Positions 26,277 to 28,356 of a stretch of 28,356 nucleotides of DNA are shown here, piece after piece. The first letter of the stretch is position 1. Each line of letters opens with the position of its first letter. The stretch spans positions 1 to 28,356 of the forward strand of contig RFJD01000389.1 of NCBI GenBank assembly GCA_003695015.1. The letters run 5' to 3'. The DNA comes from Verrucomicrobiota bacterium. GTDB taxonomy: Bacteria; Verrucomicrobiota; Verrucomicrobiia; Limisphaerales; J093. The notes under the pieces were generated by a model. That model was not told the DNA's origin and did not search any database. It saw only the letters and a list, made by a program, of their open reading frames with translations. The translations under genes were made by a program, and so were the position numbers.

Positions 26277-27827
26277 ATGAACCGGAACTGGCGGGAAAAG
26301 TTACGGCGAATGCGGCGGCGGCTCGGCCGGCTGACCGACGAACGCCACCTGGCGGCCGCCCTTCATGCCCCGCTCGGTCTGGGCGAACGGCTCCTGCATT
26401 TCTGGGTTCTGGTCTGGCGCACCTACATGCAGAACCGCTGCGCCCTCCGCGCCGCCGCCCTTTCCTATGCCACCCTCCTGGCACTCGTCCCGTTGTTCGC
26501 CGTCCTGATCAGCATTTCCGGCTCCCTGCTCAAGCGGCACGGCGAGGAGGCCATCATGAAGCTGGTGGACGAGGTGGTCATGGCCATCACGCCGGGCATG
26601 GACACCCCGCCCGAACCAGCGCCCGCCGCTCCCGGCCCCACCGCCACCAACGTGGTCACCCAAGTTCCGGCCGTCTCCGGGCAAACCACCTCCCCGGCCG
26701 CTGCCGCGCCTCCGACCGGCGACCAAATCCGCATTTCCCGGGCCGAGGTCCGGGCCCGCATCCAACAGTTCATCGCCAACATCCAGACCGGAGCCCTCGG
26801 GGTGGGCGGCATGATCGCCCTGCTGGTCCTGACCATCGGCCTCATCAACCGCGTCGAACAAACCCTCAACGACATCTGGGGTGTCCATCGCGGACGGGCC
26901 TGGCATCTGCGGCTGGCCTATTATTGCGCCGTTCTCGTCCTCGGCCCCGTGCTCCTGGCCCTGGCCATGACGCTCACCGGGGCCGACTACGTCCAAAGCG
27001 CCCGCGAGTTCTTCAAGAGCCATCTGCCTTGGGGCGACCTGTTGGACCGCACGTTCATCGGGCTGCTCCCCTACGGGGTCCTGGGCGTGGCGTTCACCCT
27101 GCTCTACTTCGCCCTCCCCAACACCAAGGTGAAGTTTCATGCGGCCCTGATCGGCGGCGTTCTGGCCGGCTGCCTGTGGCAACTGAACAACCAGCTCGGC
27201 GCCCTCTACGCTTCCCGCGTCCTCACCTACAGCCGCATCTACGGCAGCGTGGCGATGATCCCGCTTCTGATGCTCACCCTCTACCTCCACTGGCTGATCC
27301 TGCTGCTCGGCGCCCAGGTTTCCTACGTCGTCCAGCACGGGCGCACCTACCTCGAAGACCTCGCCGCCGGCCACATTTCCCAGCGCAGCCGCGAACGCCT
27401 CGCGTTCCATGTGGTTCTCGAAGCCGGCCGGGCCTTCGTCCACGGCCAACCGCCCCCCGACCTCGTCTCCCTGGCCGAGGAAACCCGGGCGCCGATCCGC
27501 GTCGTCGAGGAAGTCACCCGCCAGCTCGTGGCCCGCCGGATCCTCCACGAGGTCAACGGCGGTCAAACGGGCCTCGCGCCGGCCCGCCCCTTGGAAATCC
27601 TCACCGTGGCCGACGTCCTTCACGCCCTGCGGGACGGCCCCCACGAGGACGCACCCTGCACACTCGAAACACGCCTCCCCGAAAGGTTGGAACGCCTTCT
27701 TGCCGAAGCGGACCATGCGGCCCGGTTGTTGACCCTCCGCGAGCTGCTGCCGGATCGGGGCGAACCCACCGTCACGCCGCTGGCGGCCACCCCGGACGCC
27801 CGACCCAATGCCGCGTCGGCTCCCTAG
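26277..27827 (+). CDS. YihY/virulence factor BrkB family membrane protein with C-terminal winged-helix-like domain
   Basis: [49 protein letters not shown] and [10 protein letters not shown]. The C-terminus contains [10 protein letters not shown]...[14 protein letters not shown]. Confidence 0.9.
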   Translation: MNRNWREKLRRMRRRLGRLTDERHLAAALHAPLGLGERLLHFWVLVWRTYMQNRCALRAAALSYATLLALVPLFAVLISISGSLLKRHGEEAIMKLVDEVVMAITPGMDTPPEPAPAAPGPTATNVVTQVPAVSGQTTSPAAAAPPTGDQIRISRAEVRARIQQFIANIQTGALGVGGMIALLVLTIGLINRVEQTLNDIWGVHRGRAWHLRLAYYCAVLVLGPVLLALAMTLTGADYVQSAREFFKSHLPWGDLLDRTFIGLLPYGVLGVAFTLLYFALPNTKVKFHAALIGGVLAGCLWQLNNQLGALYASRVLTYSRIYGSVAMIPLLMLTLYLHWLILLLGAQVSYVVQHGRTYLEDLAAGHISQRSRERLAFHVVLEAGRAFVHGQPPPDLVSLAEETRAPIRVVEEVTRQLVARRILHEVNGGQTGLAPARPLEILTVADVLHALRDGPHEDAPCTLETRLPERLERLLAEADHAARLLTLRELLPDRGEPTVTPLAATPDARPNAASAP

Positions 27828-27850
27828 GCCGCCGGTTTCCCCCTCTCCTC

Positions 27851-28356
27851 ATGACCGCCACGGCCCCCACCTCCCCACCCTTGCCGCCGGAAGGCGCGTC
27901 CGGCCCCGTCAAACCCGGACGACTCGGCTCGATCGACGCCTACCGCGGCCTGGTGATGCTCCTGATGCTCGGCGAGGGGCTCCGGTTCTGCGCCGTCTCC
28001 CGGGCGTTGCCCGAAAGCAGGTTCTGGGCCTTCCTCTGCCATCACCAAAGCCACGTGCCGTGGGTCGGCTGCTCGCTGCACGACCTGATCCAGCCTTCGT
28101 TCTCCTTCCTGGTCGGCGTGGCGTTGGTGTTCTCGATCGCCTCCCGCCGGGCCCGCGGCAGCACTTTCGGCCGGATGCTCGGCCATGCCTGGTGGCGGGC
28201 GCTGGTGCTCGTGCTGCTGGGCGTTTTCCTCAGAAGCCTCGGCCACCGGCAGACCTATTGGACCTTCGAGGACACCCTGACCCAGATCGGCCTCGGTTAC
28301 GGGTTTCTGTTCCTGCTGGCCTGGCGGCCGGTCCGCGACCAATGGCTGGCGCTGGG
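27851..28356 (+). CDS. DUF5009/HGSNAT-like membrane acyltransferase; 3' end runs off the window
   Basis: Manual translation from ATG 27851 gives [16 protein letters not shown]...[25 protein letters not shown]...[10 protein letters not shown]. Confidence 0.85.
   Translation, partial: MTATAPTSPPLPPEGASGPVKPGRLGSIDAYRGLVMLLMLGEGLRFCAVSRALPESRFWAFLCHHQSHVPWVGCSLHDLIQPSFSFLVGVALVFSIASRRARGSTFGRMLGHAWWRALVLVLLGVFLRSLGHRQTYWTFEDTLTQIGLGYGFLFLLAWRPVRDQWLAL

Noticed and set aside
26277-27827. Annotating YihY as ribonuclease BN
   Set aside because: This is a known historical misannotation; the sequence is a polytopic membrane protein with no metallo-beta-lactamase motif.
27824-28342. Minus-strand 172-aa ORF at the right edge
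   Set aside because: It is the shadow of the plus-strand DUF5009-like gene starting at 27851.

Overview
High-GC bacterial chromosomal window, most likely Verrucomicrobiota. This is inferred from a PVC-type prepilin/H-X9-DG protein, the style of the secreted proteins and the scarcity of Shine-Dalgarno motifs. It is mostly a mosaic of housekeeping and metabolic genes: YjhG/YagF-type dehydratase (truncated at the left edge), ffh, an NYN nuclease, a GT4 plus methyltransferase pair, trpB1, a prepilin-like protein, a lipoprotein, sixA, an FG-GAP propeller, a 4-TM holin-like protein, a C-N hydrolase, a Ser/Thr kinase, tRNA-Ala(GGC), recG, trpB2, GH16, a Gfo/Idh/MocA oxidoreductase, iscX, ridA, a tandem Rid-like protein, YihY and a DUF5009-like acyltransferase (truncated at the right edge). 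Best leads: (1) a secreted YVTN beta-propeller with a distinct C-terminal domain ending RYYRVVKLP, encoded directly upstream of a small long-looped outer-membrane beta-barrel, a candidate cognate passenger/barrel surface-display system; (2) an unannotated ~150-nt structured RNA or attenuator with promoter, three hairpins, a C-rich anti-SD loop and a U8 terminator upstream of the NYN RNase gene; (3) a translationally coupled GT4/methyltransferase pair resembling mycobacterial Rv0225/Rv0224c; (4) repeated leaderless promoter architecture; (5) a decayed transposase fragment next to an orphan gene. All family assignments come from motif recognition by eye; no searches were run.
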